From Nostoc sp. PCC 7120 = FACHB-418 (GTDB lineage Bacteria > Cyanobacteriota > Cyanobacteriia > Cyanobacteriales > Nostocaceae), in NCBI RefSeq assembly GCF_000009705.1, contig NC_003272.1:2460001-2492000 (forward strand): 32,000 bases of DNA. Direction: 5' to 3'. How positions within the stretch are numbered: position 1 is the first letter of the stretch; every line of letters begins with the position of its first letter. The position numbers and the translations under genes are program-made. Shown piece after piece: positions 16,471 to 25,975 of this stretch. The notes below the pieces were generated by a model. It had not been told where the DNA came from. It saw only the letters and a program-made list of their open reading frames with translations, and made no database searches.

Positions 16471-17376
16471 TTATTGACGAACCTCTTGTGGTAGATCCTT
16501 GGATGCTTTTGAGTGAATTTCTTCGCCGACAGTGACGTTTAATTGGTCGCCAATTAACAAAACAGCCGCACTCATCCACAGCCATAACATTAAAACTATC
16601 ACTGTCCCCACAGCCCCATAAACTTTGTTATAGTTACCAAAATTCGCTACATACAGCCGAAATAAGGCAGATAAAATTGCCCAGAAAATTGCTGCTACAA
16701 TCGCCCCTGGCATTATCGGTGTGCCTGGTTTCCAAACACTAGTCCCATAACGATAAATAAAACTAAAGGCTGTAGCTACAATCCCTAATGCTAAAGGCCA
16801 GCGTAATAACTGCCACAAATGCAATAGAAAAATCAAAGCACCATTTTCGTTTACCACCATTCCCAACAATAAATCACTGATAAATACTAAGAAAGAAGCT
16901 AGTACCAACAGTAAGATAGTCCCAACTGTTAAGCCTAAAGACACAAGTTTAGACTTCCAAAACGGGCGCATCTTTTCTTGAGGGATTTGATGGATTTGAT
17001 CAAAGGCAGTCATAGCAGTACTTACAGCACCGGAAGCTGTCCAAATAGCTATGACAAAACTTAGAGAAAACAAGCCACTATTTCGAGAGTTGGCAATTTC
17101 TCTACCAGCAAACTCTCGAATCAATACCATTGCTTCTTCTGGTGCAACTTGGCTTAATTGCGCTGCTAGTTGTCTAAAGGTGTCTTGCAAGGAGTCTGCA
17201 AAGAAACCAATAGCAGTGAGTACGGCGAGAATTGCCGGAAATAAAGATAACATCGCATTGAAGGCAATTTCGGAACCCAGTCCCAACAGTCGTCTTTCCG
17301 TTGTCCTGGTAAACGTTTTTTTGAGTGTGTGCCAATTCAGGTGACGAAAGAAGCGAACAAAACGAGACTGAACCAT
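16471..17376 (-). CDS. YihY/BrkB family membrane protein
   Basis: 301-aa polytopic ORF. SEIAFNAMLSLFPAILAVL and a C-terminal GDQLN-type ending are typical of YihY. Confidence 0.8.
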   Translation of the reverse strand: MVQSRFVRFFRHLNWHTLKKTFTRTTERRLLGLGSEIAFNAMLSLFPAILAVLTAIGFFADSLQDTFRQLAAQLSQVAPEEAMVLIREFAGREIANSRNSGLFSLSFVIAIWTASGAVSTAMTAFDQIHQIPQEKMRPFWKSKLVSLGLTVGTILLLVLASFLVFISDLLLGMVVNENGALIFLLHLWQLLRWPLALGIVATAFSFIYRYGTSVWKPGTPIMPGAIVAAIFWAILSALFRLYVANFGNYNKVYGAVGTVIVLMLWLWMSAAVLLIGDQLNVTVGEEIHSKASKDLPQEVRQ

Positions 17377-17509
17377 GATTTTTAGTGATGGCAGATAAGT
17401 TTACTTAAATAATGTGCCAGAGTTGACTGGCGATCGCATCTATCGGAAAACTGGTTATGGTAAGTTGCTTAACTGTGTTATCTATCTTTACGTTGTATTG
17501 ACACGGTAC

Positions 17510-17551
17510 TGAGCCAAAATGTGCAACTTGAAAGTTGTGCATTTCGGCTCA
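17510..17551 (+). other. 20-pair hairpin in the leader region of 17674..18150
   Basis: TGAGCCAAAATGTGCAACTT / AAGTTGTGCATTTCGGCTCA. On the plus-sense RNA this gives 17 WC pairs, 2 G-U and 1 A-C. On the minus sense the two G-U become A-C mismatches, so plus-strand folding is favoured. Followed by CACTTGTTTTA. Confidence 0.4.
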
Positions 17552-17673
17552 CACTTGTTTTATACAGAGAAGCAGTTATACTTTGTTTGTTTTATTAGTT
17601 TCCTAACTAAAACTTCGTATTTAAAGAATAATTGCGTTTATATAGTCCAACAATAGGAGAAGTAAGTAAATAA

Positions 17674-18150
17674 ATGGCTGAAAGTAGTGAAATTGGTCAA
17701 CACCTAACACAACAGTGGCTAACAGAAATCCAAACACTCAAGCAGCAATTAATAGAACAGCAACAAGAACGGGATGCTGCTTGGGAAAGTGCTGAAAAGT
17801 GGCGCAAACTCTACAACACGGAAGCAGAACAACGCCGCACAGATACGGATTTCTTTCGCCAAACGATCGCCTCCCTCAAGGCGGAAATTCAACAACTCAA
17901 GGGGATTGACGGACAAACTTTACCCGATGCAGCAGCTAGCGCCGGCGTACAGCAAGAATTAGCACAAATCCGTACCGTAGAGGACTTGAAAGCCAAACTG
18001 GTTGATGTGATCAAAGAACGCGATCGCCTACGCCAAGCCTTGAAAACCGAACAAGAGAACCACGCCCAAACCCGCAAAAGCTTAACTACTGCCTTGGGTG
18101 ATGCAATTGATAGTTTGGCAAAGGAACGAGGACGGGGGAGTGGGGAGTAG
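17674..18150 (+). CDS. coiled-coil protein of unknown function
   Basis: 158-aa ORF, Q/E/K/R-rich with heptad-like sequence (LTEIQTLKQQLIEQQQERD...). The last codons and the stop lie inside the G-rich repeat. Confidence 0.7.
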   Translation: MAESSEIGQHLTQQWLTEIQTLKQQLIEQQQERDAAWESAEKWRKLYNTEAEQRRTDTDFFRQTIASLKAEIQQLKGIDGQTLPDAAASAGVQQELAQIRTVEDLKAKLVDVIKERDRLRQALKTEQENHAQTRKSLTTALGDAIDSLAKERGRGSGE

Positions 18151-18208
18151 GGGAGCAGGGGAAGTAATGAGTAATGACAATTGTACAGACGCGATTAATC
18201 GCGTCTCT
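18142..18208. repeat. G-rich box plus 20-bp perfect palindrome AGACGCGATTAATCGCGTCT, copy B
   Basis: GGGGAGTAGGGGAGCAGGGGAA...ACAATTGTAC-AGACGCGATTAATCGCGTCT (palindrome 18187-18206). Lies between convergent genes. Confidence 0.85.
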
Positions 18209-18214
18209 AAACTC

Positions 18215-19306
18215 CTAAAATCCCATCGCCTTGGCTACAGAGCTTAAATCTGCCTCAATACCTTGTTTGAATTGGCTGTGACTGTGTTTAATTGCTGTAT
18301 CTGGGTCTTTAAGACCGTTACCTGTGAGGACACATACGACTGTTGCGCCTGTGGGTACTTGGTCTTTGACTTTTAATAAGCCGGCGACGGAAGCAGCGCT
18401 AGCGGGTTCGCAGAAAATACCTTCTGATGATGCCAATAGTCGGTATGCGTCGAGAATTTCTTCATCAGTGACGGCGTTAAAACTTCCTTGACTGGCTGAT
18501 TGGGCTGCGATCGCTTTATCCCAACTCGCTGGTTTGCCAATGCGAATGGCGGTAGCGATGGTTTCGGGATGGGATACAGGCTGACCATTTACCAAGGGGG
18601 CTGCACCTGCGGCTTGGAAGCCCATCATCTGGGGTAGGCGATCGCATTTCCCGGCTTGATGATATTGACAAAAACCCATCCAATATGCTGTGATATTTCC
18701 CGCGTTACCAACTGGGATGCACAACCAGTCTGGGGCATTACCCAAAGCATCCACCACTTCAAAAGCTCCTGTTTTTTGACCTTCCAAGCGGTAGGGATTG
18801 ACTGAGTTTACTAACGTGATGGGATAACTTTCTGCCATTTCCCGGACGATTTCTAGAGCTTGGTCGAAGTTGCCTTTAATTGCCAATACTTCTGCACCAT
18901 AAAGTAGTGCTTGCGCCAGCTTACCCAAGGCAACATAACCATCAGGAATCAATACAAAAGCCTTCATCCCACCACGACGAGCATAGGCTGCGGCTGCGGC
19001 TGAGGTATTGCCTGTACTCGCACAAATGACCGCTTTGGCTCCGTCTTCCTTAGCTTTGGAAATCGCCATAGTCATCCCCCTGTCTTTGAAACTGCCAGTG
19101 GGGTTGAGACCATCGTATTTCACAAACACACTTACTTGTCTACCGATACGTTCTGCGATCGCTGGCACCGGAATTAAAGGAGTGTTACCTTCCAACAAAG
19201 TCACAACTGGCGTTTTGTCGCTGACAGGTAAGTACTCACGATAGGCTTCTATCAGTCCGGGCCAGGGTTGGCGATGAGATTTAGCAACAGACAAGCTCAA
19301 AGTCAC
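18215..19306 (-). CDS. thrC: threonine synthase
   Basis: 363-aa ORF with PLP-lysine motif [10 protein letters not shown] and the GNAGN loop. Confidence 0.92.
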   Translation of the reverse strand: MTLSLSVAKSHRQPWPGLIEAYREYLPVSDKTPVVTLLEGNTPLIPVPAIAERIGRQVSVFVKYDGLNPTGSFKDRGMTMAISKAKEDGAKAVICASTGNTSAAAAAYARRGGMKAFVLIPDGYVALGKLAQALLYGAEVLAIKGNFDQALEIVREMAESYPITLVNSVNPYRLEGQKTGAFEVVDALGNAPDWLCIPVGNAGNITAYWMGFCQYHQAGKCDRLPQMMGFQAAGAAPLVNGQPVSHPETIATAIRIGKPASWDKAIAAQSASQGSFNAVTDEEILDAYRLLASSEGIFCEPASAASVAGLLKVKDQVPTGATVVCVLTGNGLKDPDTAIKHSHSQFKQGIEADLSSVAKAMGF

Positions 19307-19682
19307 AGGATTTAAATGTTTTTCGCTAAGGATTGGATATTGAAGATTTTCATAAGTGGGAAAGTTAAAGAAGGAATATGTTTAAACTCTAGTCCCTCTT
19401 TTTGCGACTTTTCCTTCCAGAAGATTAATATTATCTCTTTTTGTGCAAGTCTTCCACTGCCTATTTTATAAATGTCAGTTTATCTCATAGTGGGGATTGG
19501 GGAAGGTGGGGGCCCCTCTGGGGATAAGGGGTAATGGGGATTGGGGGAAAATATTGGAATAAGTTCTCCCCCTGCCTTTTCAAGAACTTTGTATGATTTT
19601 TTGAGTTCAATACTGTCCGTGAAATTTCTTAATAATCTTTATACAAAAAATAAATAGTGGGTATTACTCCTCAGGGCAAAAG

Positions 19683-19691
19683 TGATATACT
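19683..19691 (+). promoter_or_regulatory. extended -10 promoter candidate (TG-a-TATACT)
   Basis: TG at 19683-19684 and TATACT at 19686-19691. Lies about 30 nt upstream of the terminator hairpin at 19720. Confidence 0.35.
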
Positions 19692-19719
19692 GTGCTAAGT
19701 AGATGCACCCTGATGATCT

Positions 19720-19749
19720 GGAGATCTGCCCAAGTGGCTCTCCTTTTTT
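19720..19749 (+). terminator. Rho-independent terminator with no annotated gene upstream
   Basis: GGAGA-tct-GCC-caagt-GGC-TCTCC followed by T6 (19744-19749). It lies upstream of argJ, on the same strand. Confidence 0.6.
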
Positions 19750-19792
19750 ACTTGACTGGGAAGCAGGGAAAAGAAGCAATACCCCATGTCAA

Positions 19793-19840
19793 GAATTACG
19801 AATTACAAATTACGAATTACAAATTGCAAATTGCGAATTG
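19793..19840. repeat. tandem heptamer tract (G/A)AATT(A/G)C x7
   Basis: gaattac gaattac aaattac gaattac aaattgc aaattgc gaattg. Confidence 0.9.
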
Positions 19841-19891
19841 ATATAATCGCCAGTCAAGCCACTAAATTTCGTTGTAGGGGTAAAAATAAAG

Positions 19892-21133
19892 ATGGCAGAC
19901 TGGCAGGAAATTACTGGTGGAATTACAGCACCAAAAGGTTATCGGGCGGCGGGAATTACAGCAGGACTCAAACCTTCGGGGTTGCCAGATTTAGCTTTGA
20001 TAGTATCAGATGTAGAAGCGATCGCATCTGGTGTATTCACAACCAGTCAAGTAAAGGCTGCTTGTGTAGACTACTGTCGGCAACGTTTACAAGCCAAGCA
20101 AAGCGCTCGCGCCATTCTTTGCAATGCTGGACAAGCCAACGCCGCTACAGGTAGTCAAGGTATTAAGGATGCAGAAGAAAGTGCCGAGTTGTTAGCAAAA
20201 GAGTTAAATATATCCCCCGAATTAATTCTGTTGGCTTCCACGGGGGTAATTGGTCAACGAATTAAAATGGATGCCTTACGCAACGGTATTCCTAAACTAA
20301 TAGCATCCCTTACAGATACAGGTTCAGATGCAGCCGCCGGGGCAATTATCACTACAGATTTAGTCACAAAATCTATTGCTTTAGAAACAACTATAGGCGA
20401 TCGTCCAGTCCGCATTGGTGGTATCGCCAAAGGTTCAGGGATGATTCATCCCAACATGGCGACAATGCTAGCTTTTGTTACCTGTGATGCCGCAGTTTCC
20501 TCCCATCTTTGGCAACAAATGTTAACTAGGGCAGCAGATAGAAGCTTCAATTCCATTACAGTAGATGGAGATACCAGTACCAACGATAGTTTAATCGCCC
20601 TAGCCAATGGACAGTCTCGCACCCCAGCCATTACTGAAGTCGGTGCAGAATCGGAAAAATTAGAGGCCATGCTAACAGCAGTATGCCAGCATTTAGCCAA
20701 AGCGATCGCCCGTGATGGCGAAGGTGCAACCTGTCTTATAGAAGTGCAAGTCACAGGCGCACATGATGAACAAGCAGCTAGACAAATCGCCAAAACTATT
20801 GCCGGTTCATCATTAGTGAAGTCTGCAATCTTTGGTCGTGACCCCAATTGGGGGCGCATCGCCGCCGCCGCCGGACGTGCTGGTGTTCCCTTCGAGCAGG
20901 AAAATCTGCAAATTCAGCTAGGAGATTTTTTACTCTTAGACAATGGTCAACCCCTCCCATTTGACCGCGCCGCCGCCAGCGCGTATTTAAAACAAGCCGC
21001 CACAGGTGCTTATCTTCAGCAAGATACAGTCTTAATTTCTGTCAAGGTCGGTAATGGTCATGGCACTGGCAAAGCTTGGGGATGCGATTTAAGTTATGAC
21101 TATGTGAAGATTAACGCTGAGTATACAACTTAA
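19892..21133 (+). CDS. argJ: bifunctional glutamate N-acetyltransferase / amino-acid acetyltransferase
   Basis: 413-aa ORF with GITAPKGY, the autoprocessing site HPNMATMLAF and C-terminal NAEYTT. Confidence 0.92.
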   Translation: MADWQEITGGITAPKGYRAAGITAGLKPSGLPDLALIVSDVEAIASGVFTTSQVKAACVDYCRQRLQAKQSARAILCNAGQANAATGSQGIKDAEESAELLAKELNISPELILLASTGVIGQRIKMDALRNGIPKLIASLTDTGSDAAAGAIITTDLVTKSIALETTIGDRPVRIGGIAKGSGMIHPNMATMLAFVTCDAAVSSHLWQQMLTRAADRSFNSITVDGDTSTNDSLIALANGQSRTPAITEVGAESEKLEAMLTAVCQHLAKAIARDGEGATCLIEVQVTGAHDEQAARQIAKTIAGSSLVKSAIFGRDPNWGRIAAAAGRAGVPFEQENLQIQLGDFLLLDNGQPLPFDRAAASAYLKQAATGAYLQQDTVLISVKVGNGHGTGKAWGCDLSYDYVKINAEYTT

Positions 21134-21228
21134 GAATGAGGGTAATTGGTAATGGGTAATTTTCTGTAGGATGGAAGATGAAAAGCCATCACTTACGATG
21201 GACGGAACTCCATCGCTCATTACCAACA

Positions 21229-21588
21229 ATGCAGATTACCCAAGGTCTTCATACAGCTATTCTCGTGACTGACTTAGAACGCGCGGAACAGTTCTACAGT
21301 CAAGTTTTGGGATTGTCCAAAATTGACCGTTCGTTAAAATATCCGGGTATATGGTATCAAGTCGGTAACTATCAAATTCATCTCATCGTTGCGTCAGATG
21401 TACCCACCGACAACCCCAACGAAAAGTGGGGACGTAATCCCCATATAGCTTTTTCTGTCGCCGACTTAGAAGCAGCCAAGCAGGAGTTAATTAACAAAAA
21501 CTACCCCATTCAACCAAGCGCCTCCGGTCGTCCCGCACTCTTCACCCAAGACCCAGATGGGAACATTATCGAATTGAGTCAACAGTAA
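21229..21588 (+). CDS. VOC (glyoxalase/bleomycin-resistance/dioxygenase) family protein
   Basis: The ORF track starts at 21178. I prefer the ATG at 21229 (MQITQGLHTAILVTDLERAEQFY). Also NPHIAFSV and DPDGNIIEL. Confidence 0.8.
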   Translation: MQITQGLHTAILVTDLERAEQFYSQVLGLSKIDRSLKYPGIWYQVGNYQIHLIVASDVPTDNPNEKWGRNPHIAFSVADLEAAKQELINKNYPIQPSASGRPALFTQDPDGNIIELSQQ

Positions 21589-21599
21589 CAGTTAACGGT

Positions 21600-21626
21600 C
21601 AACTGACAACTGACAACTGACAACTA
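21600..21626. repeat. tandem heptamer tract (CAACTGA) x3.8
   Basis: caactga caactga caactga caactaa. Confidence 0.9.
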
Positions 21627-21631
21627 AACTA

Positions 21632-22924
21632 ATGAAAATTATCGCCTACACTTACACTGACCCTCTACTAGAAACCTCTCCTGTGCAGATTAATTGGGAG
21701 TGGGAGGTGGAACGGGTGTATGCGGATTTAGGACAGCGCTCAGAATTGCAACAATTATTGACTGATTGTCAAACTGAATCTTGTGATTATTTAATTGTGC
21801 GGCGTTTGGAGGAATTAGGGGATAATTTAGAAGAAGTAAGCGATCGCCTCAATCAGTTAGAAGCGATGAGTATAGGCATCATCGCTATAGAGCAAGCCTA
21901 CAACTCAGAAACTTCTCATCTGCGGGCTGATTTGCTGAGATTGTTACAGGAAATTCAACGTCAACATCGTAGCCGTCGCATTCGTCAAGGACACGCTCGT
22001 AATCGTCTAGATGCTGCGCCACCTCCTGGTAAAGCACCTTATGGTTATCGCAGAGGTAAAGATAAATATATTCTCGACCGTAGTACTTCTCCAGTGGTGA
22101 AGGATTTTTTTGATAACTTTTTACTCTATAGTTCTTTGCGTGGTGCGGTGCGTTATTTAGCCAAAAAATACGGCAAGAAAATCTCTGTCACCACTGGTAA
22201 GCGTTGGTTAACTAATCCTGTTTATCGTGGGGATACTGCTTATCAAAATCGGGAAATTATCTCTGATACTCATATTCCCATCATTTCTAGAGATGAAGCT
22301 GCTCAAGTTGACCGACTTCTACGCCGTAATAGTCGTTTACCTTCCCGTAGTGCTAGCGCACCCCGTTCTCTAGCTGGTTTGGTTGTTTGTCAGCAGTGTC
22401 AGTCACACATGACAGTTACCCGTGTCACCCAACGCCATCAAGACAAAGAGTATCTTTATTTACGTCCCATCAAGTGTCCCCAAAGCCCCAAGTGTCGAGC
22501 TATTGCTTACCAAGAGATTTTGGAACAGACAATTGCCAAGGTTTGCAGTGAATTACCTTTGGCGGTAGCAGGGATGAATTTTCCCCAACTAGATACTGTT
22601 AAGAATAGTTTAAAAGCAGCGATCGCTCATCAACAAAATATACTGCAACAGTTACCTAATCTAGTAGAAACTGGTATTTTAGACACAGAAACAGCCAAGT
22701 TAAGAACTTACAAACTCCGGACAGAAATTTCTACACTACAAGCAAAATTAGCCACCCTTCCTCCGGTAAATTTGCTATCTGTTGCTCAGGCAGTTTCTAT
22801 ACCTCAATTTTGGTTAGACCTATCAGAATCAGAGCGCAGATTTTACTTCCGAGAATTTATCCGGCAAATTGAAATTATTCGTCAAAATCAACACTGGGAT
22901 TTACAAGTAATTTTTATTTTTTAG
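21632..22924 (+). CDS. large-serine-recombinase-like protein with a degenerate catalytic domain
   Basis: 430-aa ORF. Recombinase-domain motifs (APYGYRRGKDKYILD, RWLTNPVYRGD), a zinc ribbon (CQQCQSH...CPQSPKC) and a C-terminal coiled coil. The N-terminus reads IIAYTYTDPLLE where Y-x-R-x-S-T-x-x-Q is expected, and RRLEELGDN where D-R-L-x-R is expected. Confidence 0.8.
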   Translation: MKIIAYTYTDPLLETSPVQINWEWEVERVYADLGQRSELQQLLTDCQTESCDYLIVRRLEELGDNLEEVSDRLNQLEAMSIGIIAIEQAYNSETSHLRADLLRLLQEIQRQHRSRRIRQGHARNRLDAAPPPGKAPYGYRRGKDKYILDRSTSPVVKDFFDNFLLYSSLRGAVRYLAKKYGKKISVTTGKRWLTNPVYRGDTAYQNREIISDTHIPIISRDEAAQVDRLLRRNSRLPSRSASAPRSLAGLVVCQQCQSHMTVTRVTQRHQDKEYLYLRPIKCPQSPKCRAIAYQEILEQTIAKVCSELPLAVAGMNFPQLDTVKNSLKAAIAHQQNILQQLPNLVETGILDTETAKLRTYKLRTEISTLQAKLATLPPVNLLSVAQAVSIPQFWLDLSESERRFYFREFIRQIEIIRQNQHWDLQVIFIF

Positions 22925-23210
22925 TCGATAGTTAACAGTTCTCTTTTTCCCTTGCACCCTTTCCCCTACGTCTGAATAGTCCCCATTTTTACCAAAAGTC
23001 TGTATCATTTTTACATGACAATAATTATTAAATAAATTGAAGCAAAATTTAGGGAAATTTCCCCAAAAAATTATCGCTGCTTAGAGAAAATTGAGCTAAC
23101 CTGGGAATTTAGTATTTATTCAGTAAACAAGTTGTTACTGGGTGGCACATTAGAGATTCACTTTGATCTCTATGTAATCAAACCAGCAAGTAAAATGATT
23201 ATCATAGAAT

Positions 23211-24830
23211 ATGCAGGAAGGAAGCTTTATTTGGGGTCATCTGGAAAGACAGCACCGCGCAGTTGATAAATGGATTGATCGCTTATGGCTAGTAGTGTTG
23301 TTAATTGCAGCATTACTATTATTTAGCGTTAACTTGGGAGGATTACCCCTGCAAGATTGGGATGAGGGAACTATAGCCCAAATCGCTAGGGAAATAACAC
23401 AAGAATCGGCCAATTCCCTACGTTGGCTATATCCCACCCTAAGAGGGCAACCTTATCACGATACACCGCCTCTCATGCACATACTGATTGCAGGGGCTTA
23501 CTATTTAGGAGGTGTGAATGAATGGACAACACGTTTACCAGGAGCAATTTTAACCGCCTTATCAGTACCATTACTATACTGTCTTGGTAGAGAGATATTC
23601 CGTCAACGCTGGGCAGCGATTTATAGTGCCTTAATCTACTTAACCATGCTGCCTGTAGTCCGTTATGGGCGCTTGGCGATGTTAGAAGGGGCGGTGGTGA
23701 GTTTCTTGTTGGTGATGATGCTGTGTGTATTGCGATCGCGTCGAGATTTACGCTACTGTCTCGGCATAGGTTTAAGTTTAGGATTAATTTGTCTGACTCA
23801 AGGACTGTCAGGTTTTTTATTAGGTGCAGTCGTCTTAGTATTTTTGTTTTGGGATACACCAAGGCTACTTACCAGTTATTATCTATGGATAGCGATCGCC
23901 ATTGGGATTTTGCCTGTAGCTGCTTGGTATGGCGCTCAAATAGTACAATATGGCAATGATTTTGTCCAGAATGGCTTGCTTCTTCAATCCCTACAACAAA
24001 CGGGTATAGTTAATCACAAGAATGCTCAACCATCTTGGTTTTACATGGTTGAACTCCTTAAATGGACTTGGCCTTGGTTAATCTTCTTACCACAAACGAC
24101 AAAGTTACTTTGGGAAAATCGCAATCTTAGCTGGGCAAGACTCATACTTGTATGGAGCATAGTTTATTTACTACTCATTTCTCTCATGAGTGTGAAGCTT
24201 GCTTGGTATATATTCCCCATTTACCCCAGCCTAGCCTTAGCTTTTGGCGCACAGTTAGCAGAAATAGAAAACTTACCTTTACTCTCATCCTATCCCCGCA
24301 CTTGGGTCGCTGGTTTGTCAATCTTAGCCGTAGTAGCTTCAGCTGCTAGCATTCACTTTAGTTGGGGTATCGCTGCCAAAACTGACCTACAGCTAATTTT
24401 TGCCGCAGTCGCTTTGACAATGATTATGGGAGCTATTTTAGCAGAACGAGGCGACGGACAATTTCTCAAAATATTGTTTTGGGGTAGTTATATTTCCCTG
24501 CTGCTGTTGATGAAATCTAACTACTGGGTTTGGGAATTATGGCAAGCTTACCCTGTAAAACCTGTAGCGGCCATGATAGAGAAAGCAAATCCAGCTGCAA
24601 AGAAGATTTATACATCTTTTCCTTATCATCGCCCATCATTGGATTTTTATAGCGATCGCCATATTATTCCCGCCTCTGTCGAAGAACTAAAACATCATTG
24701 GCACTACGACAGACAACCGTATCTACTCATCAGTTCATCAGATTCCCAACGTCTGCAATTAGACTCTGTTCAGCTACTAGACAAAACTGAAGGTTGGCAA
24801 CTAGTAACCAAAGAAACTAATCGGTTGTAA
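23211..24830 (+). CDS. GT39/ArnT-like membrane glycosyltransferase
   Basis: 539-aa polytopic ORF. First periplasmic loop has DWDEG (the D-E motif of the PMT/ArnT superfamily). Many TM segments and a soluble C-terminal domain. Confidence 0.8.
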   Translation: MQEGSFIWGHLERQHRAVDKWIDRLWLVVLLIAALLLFSVNLGGLPLQDWDEGTIAQIAREITQESANSLRWLYPTLRGQPYHDTPPLMHILIAGAYYLGGVNEWTTRLPGAILTALSVPLLYCLGREIFRQRWAAIYSALIYLTMLPVVRYGRLAMLEGAVVSFLLVMMLCVLRSRRDLRYCLGIGLSLGLICLTQGLSGFLLGAVVLVFLFWDTPRLLTSYYLWIAIAIGILPVAAWYGAQIVQYGNDFVQNGLLLQSLQQTGIVNHKNAQPSWFYMVELLKWTWPWLIFLPQTTKLLWENRNLSWARLILVWSIVYLLLISLMSVKLAWYIFPIYPSLALAFGAQLAEIENLPLLSSYPRTWVAGLSILAVVASAASIHFSWGIAAKTDLQLIFAAVALTMIMGAILAERGDGQFLKILFWGSYISLLLLMKSNYWVWELWQAYPVKPVAAMIEKANPAAKKIYTSFPYHRPSLDFYSDRHIIPASVEELKHHWHYDRQPYLLISSSDSQRLQLDSVQLLDKTEGWQLVTKETNRL

Positions 24831-24947
24831 AAAAGTGCAGAGTGATTTTAGGGTTAGCGGGGCGTTGAGCAACGTACTGAGTTAGGAGAAGGATATCATT
24901 AATTCTTATTTCTCCCTGCTCCCTGCCCCCCTTCCTCTTAAAAGTCT

Positions 24948-25313
24948 CTACTTAACCTCCTCAGTCCCTGGCTGTAATTGCTGATTGTAATTTGTCTCTT
25001 GTTGAGTGATAGTCATCATTCCCAAGAAAATCACACTTCCCACCGCTAAAGCTACCAAAGGACGCTTAAAAAGGATAAAATCTCTTATAATTCTAGCTAT
25101 AGGACTACTTTGACGACGTAGAGCAGAACATATCATGATCTGGTTGAGCGTAAAGGGGTCACGAACATAATGGCCGCTTTGACAAACCACCACTCGTTCC
25201 TGACAATGCGGACAAGTAAATAAACCCATATAACTTTTGATTGGTTTTGCCTTAGCGTATCTTTGGCAAATTGGGCAAGTAACGTAATGATTATCAAAGG
25301 TGTGTGTATTCAT
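24948..25313 (-). CDS. zinc-ribbon protein with a C-terminal transmembrane helix
   Basis: 121-aa ORF with CPICQ...CPHCQ and the hydrophobic segment LVALAVGSVIFLGMMTI. Confidence 0.6.
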   Translation of the reverse strand: MNTHTFDNHYVTCPICQRYAKAKPIKSYMGLFTCPHCQERVVVCQSGHYVRDPFTLNQIMICSALRRQSSPIARIIRDFILFKRPLVALAVGSVIFLGMMTITQQETNYNQQLQPGTEEVK

Positions 25314-25951
25314 CTACCTCGTCCGCTAGTCCATTTACTCGCTATATTAAGAATACCCATATTAAGTTCCCCAGCAATACTTAGTAGACGCGCCAGTGTA
25401 GTATAAAAGTAGCCTTTAACCACCCACACGGTTGTATTTCTACTAAGGACGACTTAATGGTTGCAACACGAGTATAGCTAGATTTAATGAAATATGTCTC
25501 TTGTTTTTTGCTGATTTGTCACCCGTCTACTCAGTGCGTACATACCATACTCTTGCGTTTAATAAAGAGAATTAATATCGGGAAAACAGGGGTCAGGGTA
25601 AATCCCATATAAGGCAGGGGATAGAGAATAAGAAGAATAAATGTCCAACGTCTATCATCATTCCGTCCTTAGGTTCTCTATCAAATGACCATCTAGCTTG
25701 AAAAAGTTGTGTGAGTCAAACGGGGCTTAAGCCCATACTGAGTCCTATTAACGGTAGCGAGGCATTTAGTTCCTGCTAAGTAAAAAGCTCTAAACCTGTA
25801 ACCCTCTTTTCGTCCTTGATTTGTGTACGCCCTACATGAAAGCTACTTACACTTTGTGATTTGCCATTGTTACTTTCTGATCCATCTTTTCTCATTTAAC
25901 CATTATCTCTAGAAAAATTTGGTTTAGCAAAATTTTTTTTAGCTACAGATT

Positions 25952-25975
25952 GTAAATTTGGTTCACCAAATTTAC
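25952..25975. promoter_or_regulatory. perfect 11-2-11 palindrome, candidate operator upstream of the ClC gene
   Basis: GTAAATTTGGT-TC-ACCAAATTTAC. A further half-site, AAATTTGGTT, lies at 25915-25924. The centre is about 95 nt upstream of the ATG at 26059. Confidence 0.45.

Noticed and set aside
19666-19673. Calling the region upstream of argJ a bona fide Yfr1 gene
   Set aside because: Only 8 of the 11 nt of the conserved ACUCCUCACAC motif are present, and I cannot see the two flanking stem-loops in the expected arrangement. It is kept only as a note within the sRNA candidate finding.
19786-20154. ORF 19786..20154(+), 122 aa
   Set aside because: The N-terminus (ITNYKLRITNCKLRI) is a translation of the heptamer tract. 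The remainder overlaps argJ out of frame.
23002-23014. NtcA-type site GTA-N-TAC upstream of the GT39 gene
   Set aside because: The spacer is 7 nt (GTA TCATTTT TAC), not the canonical 8, and no properly spaced -10 box follows.
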